Shown here: positions 53,198-64,000 of the stretch, piece by piece | Layout: each line of letters opens with the position of its first letter | How positions within the stretch are numbered: the stretch's first letter is position 1 | Assembly: GCA_030141605.1 (NCBI GenBank) | Contig: JAQGDQ010000083.1 | Span: 186,001-250,000 of the forward strand | Length of the DNA stretch: 64,000 nucleotides | Direction of reading: 5' to 3' | Source of the DNA: Tubiluchus corallicola | Lineage: Eukaryota; Animalia; Priapulida | Notes under the pieces: generated by a model | Told to the model about the DNA's origin: nothing | Database searches by the model: none | The model's input: only the letters and a program-made list of their open reading frames with translations | Position numbers and translations under genes: made by a program

Positions 53198-54448
53198 TAG
53201 TTCTAGCTGCTGACATTTGTCCTTTAGTTTGTCAGCAGCTCGATTGCTTAAATGTCCATAAACTGGCATTCATTCAAAAGAACAACGACCCGACTGCATA
53301 ACATGACACTTCAGTGGTGCCATAAATGCAGATTATAATATTGGCATATGGATCATATTCTTCATATCCTTTATATATTACTGACTGGTGTAGCATGGTT
53401 TCAAACTATTATTTATTCGGCTAATTTTCTTATGAATGTTTGCTGAAATTATATCATTGTACGACATCTGCTCCTATTAGACCTGTCCTATATCACAATT
53501 CAAATTCAACTTTTTTATCTCTTTATAGTGTTACAGTAAAACATGATTAATAAAAGAATCTCTAATAAGTTTTGAAAAATGGTTAAAATGTATAGATAGA
53601 TCTAGAACTAGAGAAAGGATAGCGAAAAGACTATAAAGTCACCTAGACTGCAATCCTTTACCGAATATAGATAAAAAGATTTTTTAGACACTGGTGGGCA
53701 TTAATGTTATCAGTTTAATTTAGGAAACATTAGTAATTTTTAAAATTATGACATTTTCCATATAATCCAGAGAAAAGAATATACATGTAGTTTAATTAGC
53801 GGGCAACAAAATAAGGTCAGTCTTGATTAAACTAAAAATTGCATTTAGATTTTATGTGAAATACAGGTCAAAATTGTTATGAAATGATAAAAACACATTG
53901 GGTTAATAATGCTATTAATCAACAACAGGAGTTAAATACATTTTGATTTGAGTTCAACTTCATTATTTCTAGGCTTATTGATTAAGAACAAATCTACTAA
54001 CTTTGACAATAATACTAAATAATATAATTCTTAATATACTGATAAGACAAGCATTTAGCTATACAGTTTTTTTAGTAATTTTATAAAGGAGAGGTAAGAC
54101 TTGAGCAATCTGTGAACAACACCTAAATCTTTACTCATAAAATAATATTGCAGTGTGACTTTAATAGTTATTCTGCTGTAAAGAAGAGATGAAAGACACA
54201 ACATTATTCAATTAAATTTTATTTATTATTTTGCTTGATTTACAAAGCGACAGATTAGCTTGTATTTTTCTCTTGTAGGTGCATCTTGAATTAGCTGAAG
54301 TTTGTCAATGCAGGTAAAATTTAGCAATTACAGGAAAACCTGCGTATTGTAATCAGCAAGAACTTCTACGTTTTGATAAAGTCATGAATGAGAAAGCAGG
54401 AACATAAAAGTCATTTATTTATTTATTTGTTTATTTAAAACGCTTCAC

Positions 54449-54560
54449 TAAGTTAAAAATCATAAGAATAAAAACATTAAAATATTATATTACATATAGA
54501 CAAATTTGTAGATATGTAATGTAGTATTTTAATGCTTTTATTCTTATGATTTTTAACTTA
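54449..54560. repeat. 112-bp near-perfect palindrome derived from a LINE 3'UTR
   Basis: 49-bp arms with three mismatches around AGACAAATTTGTAG; the right arm matches ~50475-50520. Confidence 0.88.
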
Positions 54561-54675
54561 AACTGACTGACACAATTGCACTCATCAGTCTGTCACTGTC
54601 TGGTTATACACTAATTTTATATATGATGTAATTTGTTTCACTCTGTACTAGTGTATATTTTCTACAATAAAGGTT

Positions 54676-54752
<77 letters not shown>

Positions 54753-54882
54753 GCGTGTGCGTGCGTGTGTGTGTGTGCGTGTGCGTGCGCGTGCGCGTGC
54801 GCGTCCGTCCGTCCGTGTGTGCATGTATGCGGGAGTGCGTGTGCTCGCGTGCGTGTGTGTGTATGTGTGTGTGTGTGTGTGT
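54676..54882. repeat. (TA)n-(GT)n-(GTGC)n compound microsatellite
   Basis: Directly visible. Confidence 0.95.
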
Positions 54883-56259
54883 TTTCAATTTACATCTGCA
54901 TGTTTACGCTCTTATCATAAGTGCAGCTAACTAACTTATGTCTTAGTTTAAATTGTTCACCCACAGTGCACAAGGTAATTAAAAATGAATTACGTATTAA
55001 AAACATGGCTTTTTCATTTTACCTGTAGCAGCATTATTAATTTTGTACGGTTTGCGAAATTTAACCATATTTAGACTTGGGTGCATTGCTTAGAAAGTGA
55101 TTGCTTAGAAAATACCGTGATAGATTCGCTAATTCTTTGATGCGCACCGTAGAGATCACTGTAAACAGTATACTCTTATTGAGAAAGAGAAAAGAAAAAG
55201 TAAGCAAGTGAGGTATCTAAGTTTTCCTAATCGATGTGGGAAGCTTTTGTTTTATGATAAGAGGTTCTTTGAATTTGTATTCCTCACCTGCCATCAAGTG
55301 CCATTCTGAGCACGCGGTTTCACTTGTATTATTACAGGGATAGTTCATATAATTACAGAAAGTGGATAGTGTAATTGTATTTAATACAGAACGATACTTG
55401 CAAATTTTTATTGATAAAATGATATGCCCAAGGAAAAACAACATGGCAATTACTGAGTTTTTGAAACAAAGACTTTTTTACAAATCGCTCTAAGCAAGCC
55501 CAATGGCGACTCTGGGCGGTCTTCCAACAGAAATTAAAGTTGTAATCTGTTTCTGACAAATAAAAACACGTGGCCGAAAAATGCGAACTAGTCAGAATTT
55601 AGCGTGGATTTGAACCGAGGTCCTTTGTATTACAAATCGAACGCTATGTCCACTAGATCATGAAGCTTCTTGTGATCATGATAGGCCTTAGTTTAATTCT
55701 ATTAGTTTAGCAACTACTAAACACGTGAACTTTAAGAGACTAATTCAATGTGTAATTGATTAAATACTAATAATTAACTTATGAGCCATTAATAATTATT
55801 TAAAATCTGCTACGTTCCTAAGGATTGCCTGGTGTAACGCTTAAGCATAAGTCTAATCTCAATCTCGACTTTTTCACATTTTCTGCCTTTCAGTCAAGTT
55901 TAATTTTTAAAATTTATTAATTTGTAAGTGATTTATAATCGAATTCAAATGACTATACCTGGATTATAAAACAAATATTTGAACTTTAACAAATTTACTC
56001 TGCAAGATTTTGTGTTAAGTTGAATGCCCACATATTTAACTACACTAACAATGGGTAACTGAGGCACGTAATCACGTATAATATAAGAGTTAAAATCAAA
56101 ATCCACCAAAGCTACATTTAGGCCTACATAATTACTACAATAAGAAATTTAATAAACAGTGGCTCTGATCATATCAAAAGCTGACTATGACACACGGCCA
56201 TTTTTTTACGTAAGAGACAAAAATATGGTGAGCATATAGTACAGGTATATATAATAAAG

Positions 56260-56500
56260 TAAACATCAAAGGTGCCGAGATTCCGACAAAAGACCCATAC
56301 GGTCAAAAAGGGAAAGGATGCTCTTTGCTGGAACAATACAAAAACAACTTACCTGCCGTACCTGTGAGTTGAAAGCGTGCCTTTATGGAATCGGCGTCAG
56401 CTATTTTTGTTATTGATAGGTGTTGCCTTTGTTCTAATCAATGCCGCCAGGACGTGATTGGTTAAGAAGGTATCTGACTCCTCCTTCTGGTCCAGGTAAG
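56260..56500 (+). promoter_or_regulatory. Putative Wnt8 proximal regulatory region with TCF/LEF and Helper sites
   Basis: ACATCAAAGG (56263) with GCCG (56274); CCTTTGTT (56426) with GCCGCCA (56443); inverted CCAAT ~56457; donor-like CAG|gtaagt at 56495. Confidence 0.5.
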
Positions 56501-56652
56501 TTGGGTGTCAGTAGGTGATAAATTGCATGTTGATTCTTATCAGGTGAAAGAAACAACTGATATCAAGTTGATTAATTAGCAGAAGAAGATAATATCAATT
56601 TGTTAAAAAATATTTACAGAAAAACGAAGTTAATTATCTGTGAACAATTACG

Positions 56653-56732
56653 ATGTGCAAATATCGACACTTAAAAGTGTTGCATGAAACGCTGCTTTTA
56701 ATATCTTTTTGTAGTTTGAGTGCGTATTCATG
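56653..56732 (+). CDS. Wnt8: Wnt8 exon 1 (signal peptide)
   Basis: MCKYRHLKVLHETLLLISFCSLSAYS TG|gtaagt; the split codon TG|G gives the conserved Trp. Confidence 0.8.
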
Positions 56733-58737
56733 GTAAGTTTTTGTCACTCTACTAGTTTTTTAAATATTTTAAAAGGGCGTTTGTGCGAAAATGTTTATAC
56801 ACCTGTCTTCGTACATATATAAAAATTTGCTTCATTGTGTAATAATGTTTAGTTTTCTAGGTGATTAATTCGTTAATCCCAAAGATATTCGCTTTTCGAC
56901 ATTTATTATTATTGGTAGGAAAATAGTAATTAGATTATTTAAAATTAAATGTTATTTTTACAATTTAAGAAAAGATTAATACACGAAATTAATTTCAGTC
57001 AGGTTTTGTAATTTGCGTTTACAGTGCGAAGCTTGCATATGTTGACTTTTGACTGATATAAATAATTATATAAACAGTCAAATAATTTTCTTTATTTTGT
57101 ACGTTCGATTTACAACTTGAGTATTTGTACTCCCGCGTATTTTTACAACCTAATTTTGATATACAATTTGGATTTATTTTATTAAGAATAAAATAACTAT
57201 AGGAGAAAAAATTGTGAAACCAACTATTAGTTATTTCATCAATAAAATAATGAAACGAGAAAAAAAGAAAAAGTTCTTGTCACTTAAACTATTGCATATT
57301 GCATATAGACTTAGACTTTCAATATTGCAAATGACGCGGATTTTGTCAAAGGGCTAAAAGTGATGACGAAAACGTTTCTATTGACGTTTCATAGACAAAA
57401 TTAGGTTAAGTAAACGGATATAAAATAAAAACCAAACCTCGATATTCTTGGAATATAGTCCTGTATGATCTCTAATTGGCCATATTTATATAAACAGCCT
57501 AATTAACATTCGTGCGTGCAGGTAAGCCAAAGCCGTCATACATTTTCATAAACTTATTGTGATGTATTTAGTAAGTCTTAAAAAGCAAGGTTGGCAGATA
57601 AATTCACCAAAGTACCAAACTTTATATTTACTCGGTAAAAGTCATTAGTCGGTACAAACACAGTGACATTAGTAACCTCTTTGATTAATGAATACAACTG
57701 TGGGTAAATCTAGAATAAATGTAGAATTTTGATTATGAATATCACCACATTTTACACTATGACAATTACAAAAAGGCGTAGTTAAATTTCCTAAAATAAA
57801 AGAACATGTGAAACAAAGCAGATCAAAGAATTGGTTTGAAATTTGCTCAAATAATTCGAAATTTTTTACCATTATAAAATCGAAATAACTGAAAAGTTAA
57901 CGAAATTGAGAATTTTTTTTCACCATTTAAATAGGCTAAGTTTTCTTCCCTGGTTGTACATTTTATCAGTTAAATAAAATTCATCTCGTATGCAAACTTT
58001 AGATACTGCCGTACTAATAGCAATTAATTTATAATTGGCGTTCTAAGTTATAATTATTATTTATTGTTATGAGAAGCATTTTAACAAACAACAAGTACGA
58101 CTTTAAAACCGTTTACTTTGCCCTAGCAGTACGCAAAACCTTCGAGTTATTTTTTTTTAAATTATAGCGCAGATTTTGGATACTTCCTCCCCAGAATATT
58201 CGTTTTTAAAGCATAAGAAAAACGTAAACGTAGTTTAGCTATAGCAGTTGATATAATATATTAATAACGTTTATAGCATCATGATATGCGTAACAATATT
58301 AGGCGATCCAGTATCCAGCAATCGAGTATCCACATGACAGCTTCAATCTGTTCTTATATCATTTGATGCTACAGTTGTCTACAAATAAGTCTTATAAATT
58401 TTGTTCTTCAATTGAGTTCTTTAATTGAGTGTTATATTTGTTAAACTTTTTATATTTTTAACTATCTGACATGATTTTGTTGTAATCACTTCGTTCATTG
58501 TAAGCCTGTGTTTTTATCCGTGTGACTGACCATTTAGACTCATCGTTACCGCTATTAATTAGGACTAACTCTTTACAACTTTGTATGTGATGTATTGTTA
58601 ATATACTTTATCTCTGTTAGTCAACAAATTCTATTCAATTCAATGTCATGCATACTAGCTAACACGACATTTTTAACACAAGAAATGCGCAAATAATTTA
58701 CACCTAAAACAAATAATCTATTTGTTTTTATTTTTAG

Positions 58738-58771
58738 GACGGTGAACAATTTCCTGATGACTGGTCCCAAG
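58738..58771 (+). CDS. Wnt8: Wnt8 34-bp exon
   Basis: ttttag|G ACG GTG AAC AAT TTC CTG ATG ACT GGT CCC AAG|gtgaga = WTVNNFLMTGPK, the Wnt8-diagnostic N-terminus (vertebrate WNT8B WSVNNFLMTGPK). Confidence 0.95.
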
Positions 58772-59220
58772 GTGAGAAATTTGTGCGTTTTTTACAAATA
58801 CAAAACATGCAAGTTTAGTTAACATAAAAGCCACTACAATTGCGAGTTAGAAACTTTTAAATAAAGTTTATACGAATTATTAATATAAAAAATCTGTATA
58901 TAAAATTGCAGCGTATATATACGTCAATTAAATTATAATTGGAAAATGTTGAATGTATGGAAAAATTCTTTTAAGATTTTACTCAGGTTAGCTAGTATGG
59001 CCTGTTGTACCTTCTGAATGCAGATTTGGCGTTCACTGTTCAGACTAGCGATTTTTGTTTTGTTCGTTTGTTCCCCTTTATGATGTGTTATAAAGTTTGC
59101 ACAATGCACATCTACTGAAGGCATATTTTTAACGTAAAATAAAATGTTAAGCATTATTAGTGTTCAAAAATTTTTCGTATTAATCATAAAAATGAAAGAG
59201 AATTTAAAGCAAAACCGTAT

Positions 59221-59780
59221 CCAATCTTAAACTTTAAGTCAAAACAATACAGTCTTTAAAATGTTGAAAGGAAACGTACTTTTTTTCAAAAATGACTTAC
59301 GTGAAAGAATTATTACCACACAAACACAATTTCACGTTCTTGACACTAGTTCTTCGCTGTTACATGCATTTCACTATACGCTAGTTATACGGGCAATAGC
59401 GCCTGTACTTCTCAGTTCAGATGTGTTAGTTTGTGACGAACTACACACGTTCGATAGCTCATGCATGAGTGCAGCGGTAAACTTGAAATTTGAACTTTTT
59501 TTTATCTTAAAACTTGCCGAGTTTTAATACAACACACTGAATCTCATACAGAAGTACCGTACTTCAATTTTCCCTTTTACAAACACGTACAACATGTGGA
59601 ATGTATTTGCTGTTGAAAATTACGTTAGTTTTTTATGTAATCAACAGTTGGGCTCGCCCGTTGTTAATTAAGATTTTAATGTATTATATAATTATCAGAA
59701 ACGCTGTTGCAGTATTATTTGTGTTAAAATGTATACTTTTACCGTACTTGAATATGAAAAATCATTCTGTCTTCTTTTAA
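59221..59780 (+). mobile_element. Dispersed repeat family B, copy 2
   Basis: Collinear similarity with 11273-11795. Confidence 0.8.
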
Positions 59781-60448
59781 AGTATGAGAATTATACTATA
59801 TTTGACCCAGTTAATTTTACATAGGCATACCTTTTTTAATTATTATATTTATTAATATATGATTTGGTGATGCACTAATTTTTAAGACGGGCTGAAAGTC
59901 ACCGCCAATTTTTCCCGAAAGACTTCCTTGCAAAAATATTCTCGTGGGAAAATTTGTTCCTTTTTGTGCCCTATTGCAACCGTATAAACTGGATCACAAG
60001 TAAGATGAAAACACTCCATTCATGTGGAATGTATTTGCTGTTGAAAATTACGTTAGTTTTTTATGTAATCAACAGTTGGGCTCGCCCGTTGTTAATTAAG
60101 ATTTTAATGTATTATATAATTATCAGAAACGCTGTTGCAGTATTATTTGTGTTAAAATGTATACTTTTACCGTACTTGAATATGAAAAATCATTCTGTCT
60201 TCTTTTAAAGTATGAGAATTATACTATATTTGACCCAGTTAATTTTACATAGGCATACCTTTTTTAATTATTATATTTATTAATATATGATTTGGTGATG
60301 CACTAATTTTTAAGACGGGCTGAAAGTCACCGCCAATTTTTCCCGAAAGACTTCCTTGCAAAAATATTCTCGTGGGAAAATTTGTTCCTTTTTGTGCCCT
60401 ATTGCAACCGTATAAACTGGATCACAAGTAAGATGAAAACACTCCATT
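59593..60448. repeat. Tandem duplication of 428 bp (59593-60020 and 60021-60448)
   Basis: The two copies appear identical by eye. Confidence 0.93.
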
Positions 60449-61790
60449 TAAACCAGTAAGCCATCCCATTCTGAATGGACTCCGCATAACCTGTCTGCTC
60501 TGCATTATGCCTTTATTAAGCTAATCTCAAGGCTCTGGATTATCTCGCGGTAGATTATCATGTTTAACATAACACATTGGGTGCGTGTAATATGTAATGA
60601 TAGGAAAGTATTGTCTTGTTAATCACCTATTATACCTTGACAATACGGATGCACTATAATCTCTAAACGTCGGTATGTATTCATGGTTTGTTGTTTGGAC
60701 ATGATACAGCCATCCGTCCATAGTCTAGCTTTAGTACATTGACCAGGATATTGGGATTTTAAGTCCTGTGCGATCTTGTTCAACGTGCTCTTGTTTTTGT
60801 TTGTTATTTCTTGGCCCCATTGCTATTTCTTGTTCTGATTGTCTCCTAAGTAAAAATATGATCTGTTCTTGAACACGAATTTGCAGTAGTGGTTTATTTG
60901 CTGTTTGTTGTTAAACTTGAAACTATTCTCTTCGTCAGAGTGCGTTTTATCCAAATTCATTGGACGGCTTTTGAGCAATCTCTGGAGCATAACTGAAAGA
61001 TGAAATGATTAGACCTTTCATTACGCTTGCTTGCTAGTTTTATATACATATTGGTTTTTCGTTTTTTCATAGGGTGCCATCTGTCATTTGCCAAAACTTT
61101 TCTGTACGATGTGTTATCAAAGATCAGTGCTTAGCTGAAATTCGTGCACTTTTGAAATGATTAAAAATTTAAAGAAACGATTAATATACAAAAATGATTT
61201 TAGTTAATTTCTGCAATTTGTATTTACAGAGGCAGACGTTCAGTTGTGAGTACTACAAATAATGGTACATTTTGTGTAAAAAAAGTAATTTTCTTTATTT
61301 TGTACTTAGCGTTTCTTTAGATAGTTTGATATACTATTCGGATTAAGAATAAATCAACATTCTTAGAAAAGGCTGTGGAATGAATTACTAAAAATTATCA
61401 CCAAAAAGGGGAAAATAAAACAGAAAACAAGGAATTCAGAACTTTTGTTTTCCGATACTGCAAACGACGAGCATTTTAGAGGTAAAAGAGGTAACAAAAA
61501 CATTTCTATGGACGTTTTGTAGTCAGATTTTAAAGTTGAGTAAATAGATATAAAATAAAAAGCGAAGCTCAATATTCCTGCGGCATAATATTCTGTATGC
61601 TCTGTAATTGGTCACATTTATTTGTGAAGCACAGCCTGATAAGCATGCAGGGTAAATCAAGTGCAGCCATACCTAATCTAACAAACATTAATGAAGATTT
61701 TATTAATTTTTTAAACAGCAAGCTTAAATAAACTAAATCTTTCTTATACGTGCTTTCTTTCTCACGTTAATCTTATGTGTTAGATAACAG

Positions 61791-61792
<2 letters not shown>

Positions 61793-61828
<36 letters not shown>

Positions 61829-61869
61829 ATATATATATATATATATATACACATATATACACACACACA

Positions 61870-61941
<72 letters not shown>
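61793..61941. repeat. (TA)n/(CA)n microsatellite
   Basis: Directly visible. Confidence 0.93.
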
Positions 61942-61942
<1 letters not shown>

Positions 61943-63378
61943 CATTTCATTCGTACTCGTGGAACAATCACATAAAATAAACAAACAGATTAACAAGCAA
62001 AATAACATTAGTCAACAAGAATAGTAAGCAATGTGAATATATACCGTTAAGTGAGAGTAAGATATGCTAGTATGGCGTACAACTCATTCCTGTCAGAAAA
62101 TTAAAACAATTACGTTCTAGAGCCCAAGTAACTTCGGTAATGAAATTTACAGTCCGTATTTGTTCTTTGCTAACATTACTTTTTACATCTCATGTACAGG
62201 AAAAAACTTTAGAAAGAAAATTTTCATTTGTGTAAAAAGTTTTGTACTCGTTACAAATAGATAACAAATTATAACCCATTACAAGAGCCATGAAATCGAG
62301 AATTGTGTGTAAAAAAATTGGCTATGCGATTTTCACTATTTAAACAACTATGGTAAATTTAACAAACGGTTTCTGTAACTGTTTAACTGGCGGAACGATA
62401 TCACATATAAAAGGAAGACAGTATTTGTGTGATCTAAACAGTAAATTCCAAAGTTTTCTTACAGCAACATTCCAAGCTGTACTTAATTTAGATTAATATC
62501 TATTCCTGTGTGATTACAAGCTTTGTTGGAGTATTTATTTCAAAAAATGTTATTAACCCCTTCACCGGAAGTCGGAAATACATTGCTCAACAAGTAGCAA
62601 TGCTTGCTTCTCCTGTTAGGTCCATACTAGTTATTGACCACTGCCTCTAAATCCGACCAGCCAAAGTCTGGACACGCTTGTCGGTAACTTCAGGGGAGCT
62701 GAATTAGGCTAATAACTTCGAATCGTGTTCGAGTATGGTGTAACAATAAGGTAATTGGCGCCTGCCACACGACGAGGTGCAAATAGCAAACAAAAATTTC
62801 CGCAACTCTATTGAGTTTTAGCCGACTGGCAAATTTGGCTTATTAACCCTCGAATGAGTTAATTAATGACGTAGCTACCGAAGCGTTAGATATGATTTCA
62901 CAGAGGAATTGTACGAAAAACGTTGGTGTTCATTTTTGACTTGTTCTATTATACCGAGAAAATAACTAAATGGTCAAGGTGCAGGACTAGTTATGAAGTT
63001 AAGCATCGTCGAGCCTGATGAGTAACAGGCAGGAAATCTGCTTCTTATTACTTTAATTTCCCGTATACTGTCACATGCTACAGTAGCTCTTTTCTTTTGA
63101 GGGGGATGCACAATTAAGGCCAAGGCACCCCTGTTGATTCAGTGTCTCATTTAAAAAAATATCTTTGATATTGAAGAGATTTCATTCCCGCCACAATCAT
63201 TTCACGTTAGTAAAAGACTTTCTCGTTGTGTAGCAGCTTGTAATGTTGGTTGTGGCTTGTGTGACTAATAATGTACTGCTTTATAGGCTGAACGATGTTT
63301 CTATGAATTGATTGACTGATTACTAGCTGATTGATTGGTTTTATTTTCCTTTTCCTTTTTTCTTTCTTTTGGCGACTC

Positions 63379-63560
63379 CATTCATTCATTCATTCATTCA
63401 TTCATTCATTCATTCATTCATTCATTCATTCATTCATTCATTCATTCAGTCAGTCAATCATTCATTCATTCGTTCGTTCGTTCATTCATTCATTCGTTCG
63501 TTCGTTCGTTCATTCGTTCATTCATTCATTCAGTCAGTCAGTCAGTCACTCGTTCATTCG
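63379..63560. repeat. (TTCA)n/(TTCG)n microsatellite
   Basis: Directly visible. Confidence 0.93.
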
Positions 63561-63625
63561 TCCATAGAATCAATAATACATTCGTTCACTCATTCTTTCG
63601 TTTTCATTCGTCCGTTTGTTTTCAG

Positions 63626-63761
63626 GCGTATTTGACGTTTTCTGCGAGTGTGGCAGCAGGAGCACAAATTGGGATGGAAGAGTGCCAGCATCAGTTTGCC
63701 TGGGAGAGATGGAACTGTCCTCGATCGTCATTACCCCTTTATTCTCACAGTGTTCCTGCAG
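63626..63761 (+). CDS. Wnt8: Wnt8 exon 3 (gene continues beyond the window)
   Basis: ttttcag|GCG...GCA G|gtaaaa; AYLTFSASVAAGAQIGMEECQHQFAWERWNCP, matching the Wnt8 subfamily. Confidence 0.95.
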
Positions 63762-63771
63762 GTAAAAATAT

Positions 63772-64000
63772 TATATTATACTATATTATATTATGTTGTG
63801 TTGTGTTATGTTATGTTATGTTATGCTATGTTATGCTATGTTATGTTATATTATGTTATATTATGTTATATTATATTGTATTGTATTGTATTGTGTTGTA
63901 TTGCATTGTGTTGTATTGTATTGCATTGCATTGCATTGCATTGCATTGCATTACATTACATTACATTACATTACATTATATTACATTACATTACTACATC
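63772..64000. repeat. Drifting pentanucleotide microsatellite (TTATA>TTATG>TTGTA>TTGCA>TTACA)
   Basis: Directly visible. Confidence 0.92.

Overview
AT-rich, intron- and microsatellite-rich animal genomic DNA, from a bilaterian invertebrate and probably a protostome (inferred from the SIFamide-receptor-like and Wnt8 genes). It is not prokaryotic, and most ORFs in the track are artefacts. Reading splice sites by hand gives these genes. (1) A SIFamide/NPFF-type GPCR locus (+) with two tandem, diverged but intact TM3-TM7 exon cassettes (21994-23123 and 26965-32666). They share intron phases, and I found no TM1-TM2 exon between them or elsewhere in the window, which suggests one gene choosing between two receptor halves. 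(2) A 5-exon orphan type-I membrane protein (+, 33828-40002) with a 10-Cys ectodomain showing CS-alpha/beta toxin/defensin-like spacing, and PY motifs in its tail. (3) A convergent GPI-anchored Ly6/three-finger gene (-, 41732-44197) with a young 5'-truncated LINE next to its 5' end. (4) tRNA-Ile(AAT). (5) The first three coding exons of Wnt8 (+, 56653-63761), preceded by paired TCF HMG and Helper sites. The rest is LINE fragments, MITEs, tRNA-like SINE heads, mini/microsatellites and a 428-bp tandem duplication. All gene models are manual and lack transcript evidence, and repeat boundaries are approximate.
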